From positions 2,889 through 66,888 of the forward strand of contig JAFUQQ010000009.1 of NCBI GenBank assembly GCA_017472285.1: a stretch of DNA of 64,000 nt. The letters are read 5' to 3'. Numbering within the stretch: position 1 is the first letter of the stretch; each line of letters starts with the position of its first letter. Shown piece after piece: positions 39,146 through 50,701 of this stretch. A model generated the notes under the pieces. It had not been told where the DNA came from. It saw nothing but the letters and a program-made list of their open reading frames with translations, and did no database searches. Made by a program: the position numbers and the translations under genes. The stretch is from Clostridia bacterium (lineage in GTDB: Bacteria; Bacillota; Clostridia; Oscillospirales; CAG-272).

Positions 39146-39356
39146 ATTTTAATATAACAGCTTACCCTTATTACAAGAAGGCGGGTAGCACCCGCCGGTA
39201 ATTCCTCGCCTTTTTAAAATTTTCCGCATCCAAATACAACAAAAACGGCGAGGTTTGATTGAGTGATTTTTTCAATCAAAAAACTGTCTGTGTGTTTTTT
39301 CGACAGTTCCCCCCGAAAAAACGCAGCATTTTCCATAAGCAAGGAGGAATTATTTC

Positions 39357-41066
39357 ATGCAAATGACAGGCGCAAAAATTTTGATGGAATGCCTGCTCGA
39401 GCAGGGTGTCGATACCATTTTCGGCTACCCCGGCGGCACCATCCTGAATGTATATGACGAGCTTTATCATTACAGCGACCGCATCCGTCACTATCTGACC
39501 GCTCATGAACAGGGCGCAGCTCACGCGGCTGACGGTTACGCACGCTCCACGGGAAAGGTCGGCGTTTGCTTCGCAACGTCAGGTCCGGGCTGTACTAATC
39601 TGACGACAGGTATCGCTACGGCTTATATGGATAGCTCTCCCATCGTATTCATTACTTGTAACGTAAGTGAAAATCTTCTTGGAAAGGATGCATTTCAGGA
39701 AGTTGATATCACGGGTATCACCATGCCGATCACAAAAAGTAATTACATGGTGCGCGATATCAGAAAACTTGCGGATATCGTCCGTGAAGCGTTCGCAATC
39801 GCCAGAAGCGGTCGTCCCGGTCCCGTTCTGATCGACATCGTGAAAAACGTGACCGCTGAAAAGACGGAATTTACCCCCCTTCCCAAAGAGCAGCACGCTT
39901 CCAGCGGCTCACTCGGTGCGCTCATCAAGCGTTCCAGCCACGATCTCAAAACGCCCGAACCCGATCTTCGCGACGTGGATATCCTCGTTGATATGATCCG
40001 CGAAGCAAAAAAACCTCTCCTCATCTGCGGCGGCGGTGTTGTTCGTGGCAGAGCGGATAAGGAATTTCGTGAATTTGCGGAACGCGTGGATTCTCCCGTT
40101 GCCATCACCGTTATGGGCGGCGGCGGTTTTCAGGGCAGAAATCCCTTGACCACGGGTATGATCGGTATGCACGGCTCTCAGGCTTCCAATATGGCTTGCG
40201 ACGCTTGCGATCTTTTGATCGCTGTGGGATGCCGTTTCTCCGATCGTGTCGCACTTGATCCGTCCACGTTCGCAAAACAGGCAAAAATCGTTCAGATCGA
40301 TATCGACCGCGCGGAAATCAACAAAAATGTTGAGGTCGACCATCATATCATCGGCGATGCCAAACACGTTCTCGCGCTCCTCAATGAGCGCATCGAACAG
40401 CAACACCATTCCGAATGGAAAGATTACGTATTCTCTTTCAAAACCGAAACGGAATATGACGAGGGTATGCATACCCTGACACCCAAACAGATCTCCGATG
40501 CCATCGCACGCATCTGTCCGCAGGATACCGTCGTCGCAACAGACGTTGGTCAGCATCAGGTATGGGTATTCCAGCATTTCCATTACGATTATCCAGGTCA
40601 GCTCCTGACATCCGGCGGTTTCGGTACGATGGGCTTTGGTCTTGGCGCAGCGATCGGCGCGAAAGTCGGCAATCCCGAAAAAACCGTTATCCATATCACA
40701 GGTGACGGCTGTTTCCGTATGAATTGCCATGAGCTTGCCACAGAACAATTCTACAAGCTCCCCATCATCACCATCATCTATAACAACAACACACTCGGCA
40801 TGGTTCGCCAATGGCAGACTTTGATCTATAACGGCAACTATTCCCAGACCACACTCGACAGAGGTCCCGATTTCGTCAAGCTCGCAGATGCTTACGGACT
40901 CAGTGGTAAGCGTGTCACCAACGTCGAAGAATTGGAATCCGCCCTGAAGGAAGCACTTGCTTGCGGACACGGCTACGTCATCGACTGCGCAATCGAGATG
41001 GATGAGATGGTTCGTCCGATGGTTCCCGTCGGCGGACGTATCACCCAATTCCTTGTAAATCCTTAA
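39357..41066 (+). CDS. ilvB: acetolactate synthase, large (catalytic) subunit
   Basis: 'GAKILMECLLEQGVDTIFGYPGG' and the ThDP motif 'GDGCFRMNCHELAT'; AAGGAGG RBS. Confidence 0.95.
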   Translation: MQMTGAKILMECLLEQGVDTIFGYPGGTILNVYDELYHYSDRIRHYLTAHEQGAAHAADGYARSTGKVGVCFATSGPGCTNLTTGIATAYMDSSPIVFITCNVSENLLGKDAFQEVDITGITMPITKSNYMVRDIRKLADIVREAFAIARSGRPGPVLIDIVKNVTAEKTEFTPLPKEQHASSGSLGALIKRSSHDLKTPEPDLRDVDILVDMIREAKKPLLICGGGVVRGRADKEFREFAERVDSPVAITVMGGGGFQGRNPLTTGMIGMHGSQASNMACDACDLLIAVGCRFSDRVALDPSTFAKQAKIVQIDIDRAEINKNVEVDHHIIGDAKHVLALLNERIEQQHHSEWKDYVFSFKTETEYDEGMHTLTPKQISDAIARICPQDTVVATDVGQHQVWVFQHFHYDYPGQLLTSGGFGTMGFGLGAAIGAKVGNPEKTVIHITGDGCFRMNCHELATEQFYKLPIITIIYNNNTLGMVRQWQTLIYNGNYSQTTLDRGPDFVKLADAYGLSGKRVTNVEELESALKEALACGHGYVIDCAIEMDEMVRPMVPVGGRITQFLVNP

Positions 41067-41079
41067 AGGAGGTGCAGAT

Positions 41080-42631
<1,552 letters not shown>

Positions 42632-42700
42632 TGCGGGGAGTGCCCGCACCCACAAATAAAATCAAAACGCAATTTTTATAAAAATTTTTGCGAGGGGTTC

Positions 42701-42731
42701 GGGGAGGTGCTTTTTTAAAAAGCATCTCCCC
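42701..42731. repeat. GGGGAG-palindrome element inside the ilvC-ilvD spacer
   Basis: GGGGAGGTGCTTTTTTAAAAAGCATCTCCCC, preceded by TTTTTGCGAGGGGTTC. Confidence 0.85.
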
Positions 42732-42783
42732 ATCCGTTTCCCGCGGAAATTTTTTGCAGTTTATCCTATTTTTGGAGGTTCTT

Positions 42784-44445
42784 ATGCTTTCCGATCAAAT
42801 CAAAAAAGGCGTGAAACGCGCGCCTAACAGAAGTCTTTTATTCGCTCTCGGTCTGACAGAGGAGGAAATGAGCCGTCCTCTCGTCGGCATCGTCAGCTCT
42901 CATAATGAGATCGTTCCCGGTCATATGAATATCGATAAGATCGTTGAAGCGGTCAAAGCCGGTGTACGTGCCGCGGGCGGTACGCCTATTATGTTTCCTG
43001 CGATTGCCGTTTGCGATGGTATCGCCATGGGTCACGTCGGTATGAAATACTCCCTCGTTACCCGTGACCTGATCGCAGATTCCACGGAAGCCATGGTCAT
43101 GGCGCATCAGTTTGACGGTCTGGTTATGGTTCCCAACTGCGATAAAAACGTTCCCGGTCTCTTGATGGCAGCGGCAAGACTCAATATCCCGACCATTTTC
43201 TGTTCGGGCGGTCCGATGCTCGCGGGTCATCTCACAGACGGCAGACGTACCTGCCTCAGCCATATGTTTGAAGCTGTCGGTGCTTATCATGCCGGCACAC
43301 TTGATGAAAAAGGTGTCCTCGACTATGAAGAAAACGCTTGTCCCACTTGCGGTTCCTGTTCTGGTATGTATACCGCAAACTCCATGAACTGTCTGACGGA
43401 AGCCATCGGTATGGCACTTCCCGGTAACGGCACGATCCCCGCCGTTTATTCCGCGCGCATCCGTCTTGCCAAGCACGCAGGCATGAAGATCATGGAGCTC
43501 ATCGAAAAGGATATCCGTCCCCGCGATATCATGACCGCATCCGCACTTCACAATGCGGAAACCGTGGATATGGCACTCGGTTGTTCCACCAATACGATGC
43601 TTCACCTCCCTGCCATCGCGCATGAAGCGGGTGTTGAAATCAGCCTTGACGAATCCAACGCCATCAGTAAAAATACCCCCAACCTTTGCCATCTCGCACC
43701 CGCGGGTGATACCTTCATGGAGGACCTTGACCGTGCGGGTGGTGTTTATGCCGTCATGAAAGAACTGACAAAGAAAGATCTTCTCGATCTCTCCGTCATG
43801 ACCTGCACAGGCAAAACGATGGGTGAAAATCTGGAAAACGTCGTTAATCGCAATACAGAGATCATCCGTCCACTCGAAAATCCCTATTCCGAAACGGGCG
43901 GTATTGCCGTTCTGAAGGGCAATCTCGCGAAAGACGGCTGTGTTGTCAAGCAGTCTGCCGTCGCGCCTGAAATGATGGTTCACGAAGGTCCTGCGCGCGT
44001 ATTTGACTCCGAAGACGATGCCATTGCCGCTATCTACGCAAAGAAAATCGTTGCCGGTGACGTTGTTGTCATTCGTTACGAAGGTCCCAAGGGCGGTCCC
44101 GGTATGCGTGAAATGCTCAATCCCACCTCTGCGATCTGCGGTATGGGTCTTGGCGAGAGCGTTGCACTTCTCACAGACGGACGCTTCTCGGGTGCCACCA
44201 GAGGCGCGTCTATCGGTCACGTCAGTCCCGAAGCCGCTGCGGGCGGTATCATTGCCCTCGTCGAAGAAGGCGACATCATTTCCATTGATATTCCGAATTG
44301 TAAGATCGAGCTTCACGTTTCCGATGAAGAGCTTGCACGCCGCAAAGCCGCTTGGGTCTGCCCCGAGCCGAAGGTGAAAACAGGCTATCTTGCGCGCTAT
44401 GCTAAACTCGTTTCCTCCGCCGATAAGGGCGCGATCCTTGAATAA
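42784..44445 (+). CDS. ilvD: dihydroxy-acid dehydratase
   Basis: '[13 protein letters not shown]', 'CDKNVPG' and '[13 protein letters not shown]'. Start at MLSDQIKK with GGAGG RBS. The upstream extension crosses the repeat and is rejected. Confidence 0.95.
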   Translation: MLSDQIKKGVKRAPNRSLLFALGLTEEEMSRPLVGIVSSHNEIVPGHMNIDKIVEAVKAGVRAAGGTPIMFPAIAVCDGIAMGHVGMKYSLVTRDLIADSTEAMVMAHQFDGLVMVPNCDKNVPGLLMAAARLNIPTIFCSGGPMLAGHLTDGRRTCLSHMFEAVGAYHAGTLDEKGVLDYEENACPTCGSCSGMYTANSMNCLTEAIGMALPGNGTIPAVYSARIRLAKHAGMKIMELIEKDIRPRDIMTASALHNAETVDMALGCSTNTMLHLPAIAHEAGVEISLDESNAISKNTPNLCHLAPAGDTFMEDLDRAGGVYAVMKELTKKDLLDLSVMTCTGKTMGENLENVVNRNTEIIRPLENPYSETGGIAVLKGNLAKDGCVVKQSAVAPEMMVHEGPARVFDSEDDAIAAIYAKKIVAGDVVVIRYEGPKGGPGMREMLNPTSAICGMGLGESVALLTDGRFSGATRGASIGHVSPEAAAGGIIALVEEGDIISIDIPNCKIELHVSDEELARRKAAWVCPEPKVKTGYLARYAKLVSSADKGAILE

Positions 44446-44446
44446 T

Positions 44447-45772
44447 ATGTACCGCGAAACGTCAGAATTATTGCTTTTCAGCGACCTCGGTGAAAATGCG
44501 ATCCTCACCAATCTTTCGGATATCTTCCGCGATTTCCATGAAAATAACGCGGATAAACCTTCGCTCATTCGCCGTATTTACAAAGAAATCAAGCGTTTGC
44601 TTAACCTTGCGACCAAATACGGCTTTGATAAAAATCTCTGGCAAAATTATCTTACGTTCCTCCTAATCACGAATGAAAATTCCTTTTCCCTCACCGCCGA
44701 GCGTGTCGGTGCGGGAGAAGGCACGGTCAATCATTTTGTAAAAAATGATTTCCGTATTTTTCATCGTTTGTTCCACTACGACTTTTCCGAGATCGAAAAC
44801 GCACTCGGCATCGATTGCTTCACGACCCTGACGCATTATAAAGCCGTTTCCAAATCGGAAAAGAATTATTATAAAAGCGTCAGCGAAAAGGTGCAAGCAC
44901 TCAGCGAAAAGCTCTGCGAGGCAAATGATGAAAATGAAATTTTCACACTTGTAACGGATTTCTACCGCGCATACGGTGTCGGTATGTTCGGTCTGAACCG
45001 CGCTTTCCGCATCCGGAATCTCGGAGGCGGCGTGGAATTTCTCCCCATCAACAATACGGATAAGGTCATGCTTTCCGATATGGTGGGTTATGAAATTCAG
45101 AAAAAAGCGCTCGTCGAAAATACGGAAGCCTTCCTGAAAGGGATTCCCGCCAACAATGCCCTGCTCTATGGCGATGCCGGTACGGGTAAATCCTCCTCGG
45201 TCAAAGCACTCATCAACGAATATTACGATTCTGGACTCCGTATGATCGAGATCTATAAGCATCAATTCCGTGATCTTTCGGAAATCATCGCAACCATCAA
45301 AAACCGCAATTACCGCTTCATCATCTTCATCGATGACCTTTCCTTTGAGGAAAATGAGCTTGAATACAAATTTCTCAAGGCCGTCATCGAAGGCGGTGTG
45401 GAAACGCGTCCCGACAATATTTTGATTTACGCGACTTCCAACCGCCGCCATCTGATCAAAGAAACTTGGAAAGACCGAAACGATATGGAATTTGAAGACG
45501 ATCTTCACCGTTCCGACACGATGGAAGAAAAGCTCTCTCTTGCCGCGCGTTTCGGTGTGACCATCAATTACAGCGCGCCCAACCGAAAACTCTTCCACGA
45601 TATCGTGAAGGAGCTTGCCAAACGCCGTCCGAATATCGAAATCGACGAAGAAGAATTGCTTACCCTTGCGAACCGTTGGGAAATTCGCCACGGCGGTATT
45701 TCCGGACGTACCGCACAACAATTTATCAATTATCTTGAAGGAAGGGAGTCTTTAAAAAATGTTAACTCTTGA
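44447..45772 (+). CDS. DUF815-type AAA ATPase
   Basis: Walker A 'YGDAGTGKSS' and Walker B 'FIIFIDDLSFE'. ATG lies 1 nt after the ilvD stop codon, and the 3' end overlaps the ilvA start by 14 nt. Confidence 0.75.
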   Translation: MYRETSELLLFSDLGENAILTNLSDIFRDFHENNADKPSLIRRIYKEIKRLLNLATKYGFDKNLWQNYLTFLLITNENSFSLTAERVGAGEGTVNHFVKNDFRIFHRLFHYDFSEIENALGIDCFTTLTHYKAVSKSEKNYYKSVSEKVQALSEKLCEANDENEIFTLVTDFYRAYGVGMFGLNRAFRIRNLGGGVEFLPINNTDKVMLSDMVGYEIQKKALVENTEAFLKGIPANNALLYGDAGTGKSSSVKALINEYYDSGLRMIEIYKHQFRDLSEIIATIKNRNYRFIIFIDDLSFEENELEYKFLKAVIEGGVETRPDNILIYATSNRRHLIKETWKDRNDMEFEDDLHRSDTMEEKLSLAARFGVTINYSAPNRKLFHDIVKELAKRRPNIEIDEEELLTLANRWEIRHGGISGRTAQQFINYLEGRESLKNVNS

Positions 45773-46955
45773 TAAAATTTATCACGCCGCATTTATTTTG
45801 AAAGAAGTCGCTCGTAAGACCGACCTCATCTACGCTCCGAATCTCAGCAAGGATGCCGATATCTATCTCAAGACCGAAAACTTGCAGGTAACGGGCAGCT
45901 TCAAGCTCCGCGGTGCGTATTATAAGATCAGTCAGCTCACCGAAGAACAGAAAGCAGCCGGTATCATCGCTTGCAGTGCGGGTAACCACGCACAGGGCGT
46001 TGCCCTTGCGGCAACCCGTCAGGGCGTTCGCAGCGTTGTTTGTATGCCCGACAGTGCGCCGATCAGTAAGGTAGAAGCTACCAAACGTCTTGGCGCGGAA
46101 GTCGTTCTCACCAAGGGTGCCTACGATGACGCTTATCAGAAAGCCCTCGAACTCCAGAAAGAAACAGGCGCGACCCTCATCCATCCCTTTGACGACGATC
46201 TCGTTATCGCGGGTCAAGGCACGGTCGGTCTGGAAATTCTCGATCAGATGCCCGACATTGATGCCGTTATCGTTCCGATTGGCGGCGGCGGTCTGATCTC
46301 GGGTGTTGCATTTGCGATCAAACAGCTCCGTCCCTCCATCAAAGTTTACGGTGTACAGGCGGCAAATGCACCCAGTATGTACGAAAGCCGTCGGAAAGGC
46401 GAACAGATCACCCTCAGCACCGTTTCCACGTTTGCTGACGGTATCGCCGTCAAACATCCCGGTGACACAACCTTTAAGATGGTTCAGGAATACGTTGACG
46501 ATATCGTAACCGTTTCCGAAGACGAAATCGCGGCGGCAATCCTCGCCATGATCGAAAAACAGAAGCTCATTGCGGAAGGCGCAGGCGCAGTCAGCGTTGC
46601 GGCGGCTCTCTTTAACAAGCTTCCCATCAAGGGTAAAAAGGTCGCTTGTCTTGTTTCGGGCGGTAATATTGACGTAAATATCCTTTCCCGTGTTATCACG
46701 AGAGGCCTTGTGACCTCGGGCAGAAAAGCAACCCTTACCATTCCCCTTGCGGATAAACCCGGTCAGCTCGTCAACCTCTGTGAAATCGTTTCCCGTTGCG
46801 GTGCGAATATCACTTCCGTATTCCACGAACGTTCCGATCCCAATATGGCGATCGCAAGCTGTTACGTCCGTGTCAGCATCGAATCCCGTGACTTCGATCA
46901 CCTTGCATACATCAAGGACGAAATCACAAAAGCCGGATATAATATCGTTACTTAA
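45759..46955 (+). CDS. ilvA: threonine ammonia-lyase (short form with one ACT-like domain)
   Basis: PLP-Lys motif 'LQVTGSFKLRGA' and 'GGGGLISG'. Confidence 0.9.
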   Translation: MLTLDKIYHAAFILKEVARKTDLIYAPNLSKDADIYLKTENLQVTGSFKLRGAYYKISQLTEEQKAAGIIACSAGNHAQGVALAATRQGVRSVVCMPDSAPISKVEATKRLGAEVVLTKGAYDDAYQKALELQKETGATLIHPFDDDLVIAGQGTVGLEILDQMPDIDAVIVPIGGGGLISGVAFAIKQLRPSIKVYGVQAANAPSMYESRRKGEQITLSTVSTFADGIAVKHPGDTTFKMVQEYVDDIVTVSEDEIAAAILAMIEKQKLIAEGAGAVSVAAALFNKLPIKGKKVACLVSGGNIDVNILSRVITRGLVTSGRKATLTIPLADKPGQLVNLCEIVSRCGANITSVFHERSDPNMAIASCYVRVSIESRDFDHLAYIKDEITKAGYNIVT

Positions 46956-46962
46956 TATTTCA

Positions 46963-46991
46963 GGGGAGATGCTTTTAAAAAGCATCTCCCC
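46963..46991. repeat. GGGGAG-palindrome element
   Basis: GGGGAGATGCTTTTAAAAAGCATCTCCCC, between convergent ilvA and the M48 peptidase gene. Confidence 0.85.
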
Positions 46992-47012
46992 TCAATTTGT
47001 TTTTGGTTATAT

Positions 47013-48248
47013 TTATTTTTGAGTGCGCAATGCCTTTTCCACAGCCTCCACGCGTTCGCTGACAGGCGGATGGCTGTATTCCAGCAATACGTTAATGCGG
47101 GAAGGCGCGAGATGAGCGAAATTATCTTTGGCAAGTTTTTTTAGTGCCGAGATCATTGCTTCTCCATAGCCTTCCTCCACAGCCTGACGGTCCGCACAGT
47201 ATTCAGCGGCACGGCTGTTTGCATTGATCAGAAGATTTGTCAAAGGCTGAACGATCGCAAGACCGATGCTGACAAGGATAAAAGCAAAGCCGTAATTCAA
47301 TCCTTCAAACCCGAATGCCTCGCAAAGCATCGGCGCGCTGACCGCAAGATCCACGAGCAGACCGAGCAAAAGCATATAACCCACATTGAGAACCTGTCTT
47401 TTCAGGATATCTTTATGCAGACCGTGCCCCATTTCATGCGCAAAGACTGCGCAGATTTCATCGGAAGTCATTGCGTTCAAAAGATTATCGTAAAGCACAA
47501 TGGTCTTCATTTTGCCGAAGCCTGTGAAATAAGCGTTGAGTTTTGTGGTTCGGCGGGATGCATCCATCACCTCGATCGCTTTGACTTTATAACCGTATTT
47601 GGAAAGCAGAGCCATCAAGCGATCTTTGAGTTCACCGTCCTCAAGAGGCGTAAATTTGTTGCCAAGACGGCTGAAAAGAGGATACAGAAACGTGATAGCC
47701 AAGGAAATAATGAAGATCACGAGTGCAAAAAACAGCATCAGATAATCCCCTGTCAAATGATGCAGATTCATCATGATCGTCGCAAGACCCGCCATAATGA
47801 TGAACGAAAGGATTGTTGAACGGATCATATCCGTGACAAAAGTCTTCATCGTTGAACGGTTAAAGCCGTATTTTTGTTCGATAACCATCGTGGAGATATA
47901 AGACTTTGGGATATCGAACAGCGTATCGATGATGAACATCAGTAAAATAACAGCATAAAGCTGCATCTTCTCTCCGCCAGGAAACAAAGAAGCAAAAGCG
48001 GCATGGGCATTTGTAATCAATAATATCAAAGTTACCGCAAAGGAAACGATACCGAAACCAATATCCAGCTTGCAATGTTCCGCGCTGTACTGTTTCCATT
48101 TCAGATACGTTTCGGCATCATAGATATCCGCGACATTTGCGGGTGTGGGATTATTGGCGGAACGATATCGGAGAATTTTCAGGAAAATGGCATAGCCTTC
48201 CCCCAGCAATGCCAGAAGAATAATGATAAATTTTAACATTGTCATCAT
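47013..48248 (-). CDS. M48 family metallopeptidase (Ste24/HtpX-like)
   Basis: 'HEMGHGLH' zinc motif, multi-TM N-terminal half, C-terminal 'HPPVSERV'. Confidence 0.85.
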   Translation of the reverse strand: MMTMLKFIIILLALLGEGYAIFLKILRYRSANNPTPANVADIYDAETYLKWKQYSAEHCKLDIGFGIVSFAVTLILLITNAHAAFASLFPGGEKMQLYAVILLMFIIDTLFDIPKSYISTMVIEQKYGFNRSTMKTFVTDMIRSTILSFIIMAGLATIMMNLHHLTGDYLMLFFALVIFIISLAITFLYPLFSRLGNKFTPLEDGELKDRLMALLSKYGYKVKAIEVMDASRRTTKLNAYFTGFGKMKTIVLYDNLLNAMTSDEICAVFAHEMGHGLHKDILKRQVLNVGYMLLLGLLVDLAVSAPMLCEAFGFEGLNYGFAFILVSIGLAIVQPLTNLLINANSRAAEYCADRQAVEEGYGEAMISALKKLAKDNFAHLAPSRINVLLEYSHPPVSERVEAVEKALRTQK

Positions 48249-48275
48249 AACCTTTCAGATTTATAAAATAGATAC

Positions 48276-48307
48276 AAGCCTTCCGAAAGAGATCGGAAGG
48301 CTTTTTT
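48276..48307. terminator. hairpin terminator between metA and the M48 peptidase gene
   Basis: GCCTTCCGA-AAGAGA-TCGGAAGGCTTTTTT. The T-run is on the plus strand and the A-run is weaker on the other side. Confidence 0.5.
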
Positions 48308-48342
48308 GACCGTATAAAAACGGAGGAAAATCAAAAGCGGTA

Positions 48343-49263
48343 TCATCCGCCGATATTCGTGATATCGTAAGGTGTGGTCTGATATACGAAATAATTGAGC
48401 CAGTTAGAATACAGCAGATTTGCGTGCGCGCGCCACGTCACGCGGGGCGGTTGCGTGGGATCGTCATTCGGGAAATAATTTTCGGGAACAGCGATCTCTC
48501 GTCCGAGGTTCACGTCGCGGAAATATTCTTTTGCAAGTGTATTCTGATCGTATTCGGAATGTCCCGTAATGAAAATTTGTCTGTTATTGCGGGATTTGAT
48601 GGCATAAACGCCCGCTTTTTCCGAAACGGCAAGTATTTTCAAAGCTGGTTTGGCAAGGATATCTTCCTCAAGTACCGTCGTATGACGGGAATGAGGTGCA
48701 AGGAACGTATCATCAAAGCCACGGAACAGCATGGATGTTTTTTCTCTGACAGTATGCTCAAAAATACCGAATTTCTTTTCGAGAAGTTGTTTTTTCTGAA
48801 TACCGTAATGATAATAAAGTCCTGCCTGTGCGCCCCAACAGATATGAAACGTGCTGAAAACATGTGTTTTGCTCCATTCCATGATCTCACAAAGCTCCTG
48901 CCAATATTCAACGTCTTCAAATGCCAGATGTTCGACAGGTGCGCCTGTGATCACCATGCCGTCAAAATTTCTGTCCTTGATGTCGTCAAAAACTTTATAA
49001 AAAGCAAGCAAATGCTCCTTTGAGGTATTTTTGGACTCATGTGTTTTCGTATGCAAAAGCGTCAGTTCCACCTGTAAGGGTGTATTGCCGAGTAAACGGG
49101 AAAGCTGTGTTTCCGTATCGATCTTCGTCGGCATCAGATTGAGCAGAAGAATCTGCAAAGGGCGGATATCCTGTGTTCTCGCGCGGGTCTCCGTCATGAC
49201 GAAGATATGTTCTTCGGTCAGTGTCTTGGTCGCGGGCAATTCATTGGGTATACGGATCGGCAC
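48343..49263 (-). CDS. metA: homoserine O-acyltransferase (MetA family)
   Basis: '[11 protein letters not shown]...[15 protein letters not shown]' and '[15 protein letters not shown]'. Confidence 0.9.
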   Translation of the reverse strand: MPIRIPNELPATKTLTEEHIFVMTETRARTQDIRPLQILLLNLMPTKIDTETQLSRLLGNTPLQVELTLLHTKTHESKNTSKEHLLAFYKVFDDIKDRNFDGMVITGAPVEHLAFEDVEYWQELCEIMEWSKTHVFSTFHICWGAQAGLYYHYGIQKKQLLEKKFGIFEHTVREKTSMLFRGFDDTFLAPHSRHTTVLEEDILAKPALKILAVSEKAGVYAIKSRNNRQIFITGHSEYDQNTLAKEYFRDVNLGREIAVPENYFPNDDPTQPPRVTWRAHANLLYSNWLNYFVYQTTPYDITNIGG

Positions 49264-49285
49264 TTTTCAGGTCTTCCTTTCTAAC

Positions 49286-50590
49286 TCAAATAGATTCCAG
49301 TACGGCGGCAATATCGGCAATGAGATCGTCACTGCTTTCAAGACCGCAGGAAAGACGAACGAGATCGGGAGATACGCCTGCCGCTTCGAGTTCCGCATCG
49401 GTCATCTGACGATGTGTTGCGCTCGCGGGATGCAAGCAACAGCTTCTTGCGTCAGCAACGTGTGTTTCGATCGCCGCGATGGTGAGCTTCTTCATGAAGG
49501 CTTCCGCAGCATTTCTGCCACCCTTGACACCGAAGCTGATAACACCGCAAGTACCGTTCGGCATATATTTCTGTGCAAGTGCGTAATCGGGATCTGTCGG
49601 GAGCGAGGGGAAACGTACCCAAGCGATCTTTTCATGTTTTTCGAGGAAAGTTGCGATCGCAAGTGCGTTTTCATAATGGCGTTGCATTCTGACGTGGAGG
49701 CTTTCCAGACCAAGATTGAGGATAAATGCGCTCTGGGGCGAAGGTGTGGAACCGAAGTCACGCATGAGCTGTGCGGTTGCTTTCGTGATGAATGCGCCCG
49801 CAAGACCGAATCTTTCGGTATAAGTAATGCCATGATAACTGTCGTCGGGCGTGCAAAGACCGGGGAATTTTTCCGCGTGTGCAGTCCAATCGAATTTACC
49901 ACTGTCAACGATACAGCCGCCGACAGCCGCGCCGTGTCCGTCCATATATTTGGTCGTGGAATGGGTAACGATATCCGCGCCCCATTCAAAAGGACGGCAA
50001 TGAACGGGTGTCGCGAAGGTATTATCGATGATGAGCGGAACACCGTGTGCGTGCGCCGCATTTGCAAAGCGTTCGATATCGAGAACGCGGAGTGCGGGAT
50101 TGGCAATGGTTTCACCGAAAACAGCTTTCGTATTCGGACGGAATGCCGCTTCCAGCTCTTCATCTGTGCAATCGGGTTTTACGAACGTAAAATCGACCCC
50201 CATTTTTTTCATGGTGACGGCAAAAAGATTGAACGTACCGCCGTAGATCGCAGAACAAGCAACAACATGATCGCCGCAATTGGCAATATTGAAAACGGCA
50301 TAGAAGTTTGCCGCCTGACCGGAAGAAGTCAGCATTGCCGCCGTGCCGCCTTCCATTTCGCAGATCTTATTCGCTACGAAATCGCAGGTGGGATTCTGAA
50401 GGCGGGAATAGAAATAACCCGATGCCTCAAGGTCGAAAAGCTTGCCCATATCCTCACTTGTCGCGTATTTGAACGTCGTGCTCTGAACGATCGGAATCTG
50501 ACGGGGTTCGCCGTTTCCGGGGCGGTAACCGCCCTGCACGCATTTGGTTTCCATTTTGTAATGATTCATTTTGGATTCATCTCTTTTCAT
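49286..50590 (-). CDS. metY: O-acetylhomoserine aminocarboxypropyltransferase / sulfhydrylase
   Basis: PLP-dependent Cys/Met family: 'VQSTTFKY' and 'HSTTKYMDGHG'. The start is uncertain (50590 or 50569). Confidence 0.88.
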   Translation of the reverse strand: MKRDESKMNHYKMETKCVQGGYRPGNGEPRQIPIVQSTTFKYATSEDMGKLFDLEASGYFYSRLQNPTCDFVANKICEMEGGTAAMLTSSGQAANFYAVFNIANCGDHVVACSAIYGGTFNLFAVTMKKMGVDFTFVKPDCTDEELEAAFRPNTKAVFGETIANPALRVLDIERFANAAHAHGVPLIIDNTFATPVHCRPFEWGADIVTHSTTKYMDGHGAAVGGCIVDSGKFDWTAHAEKFPGLCTPDDSYHGITYTERFGLAGAFITKATAQLMRDFGSTPSPQSAFILNLGLESLHVRMQRHYENALAIATFLEKHEKIAWVRFPSLPTDPDYALAQKYMPNGTCGVISFGVKGGRNAAEAFMKKLTIAAIETHVADARSCCLHPASATHRQMTDAELEAAGVSPDLVRLSCGLESSDDLIADIAAVLESI

Positions 50591-50602
50591 TTAACATAAA
50601 AT

Positions 50603-50636
50603 TCGGAGAAAACTTTTTTGAAAAAAAGTTTTCTCC
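50603..50636. repeat. palindrome element, CGGAG variant
   Basis: CGGAGAAAACTTTTTTGAAAAAAAGTTTTCTCCG, followed by AACCACTTTCAAAAAACTTT. Confidence 0.75.
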
Positions 50637-50701
50637 GAACCACTTTCAAAAAACTTTATATGTCGATTGGTTGACGCATTTGCGTGCGGCAACTTGCCGC
50701 C

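Noticed and set aside
42688-42783. N-terminal ORF extensions crossing repeat elements ('[12 protein letters not shown]..' for ilvD, 'MGRAFKKAPP..' for pfkB at 63355-63420, and ORF 57678-58013)
   Set aside because: These peptides are translations of the palindromic repeats. Proper RBS-preceded starts lie downstream.
50591-50701. SAM (S-box) riboswitch upstream of metY-metA
   Set aside because: The spacer is only ~110 nt and is occupied by a palindrome element plus two small hairpins. None of the conserved S-box helices or junction motifs are present.
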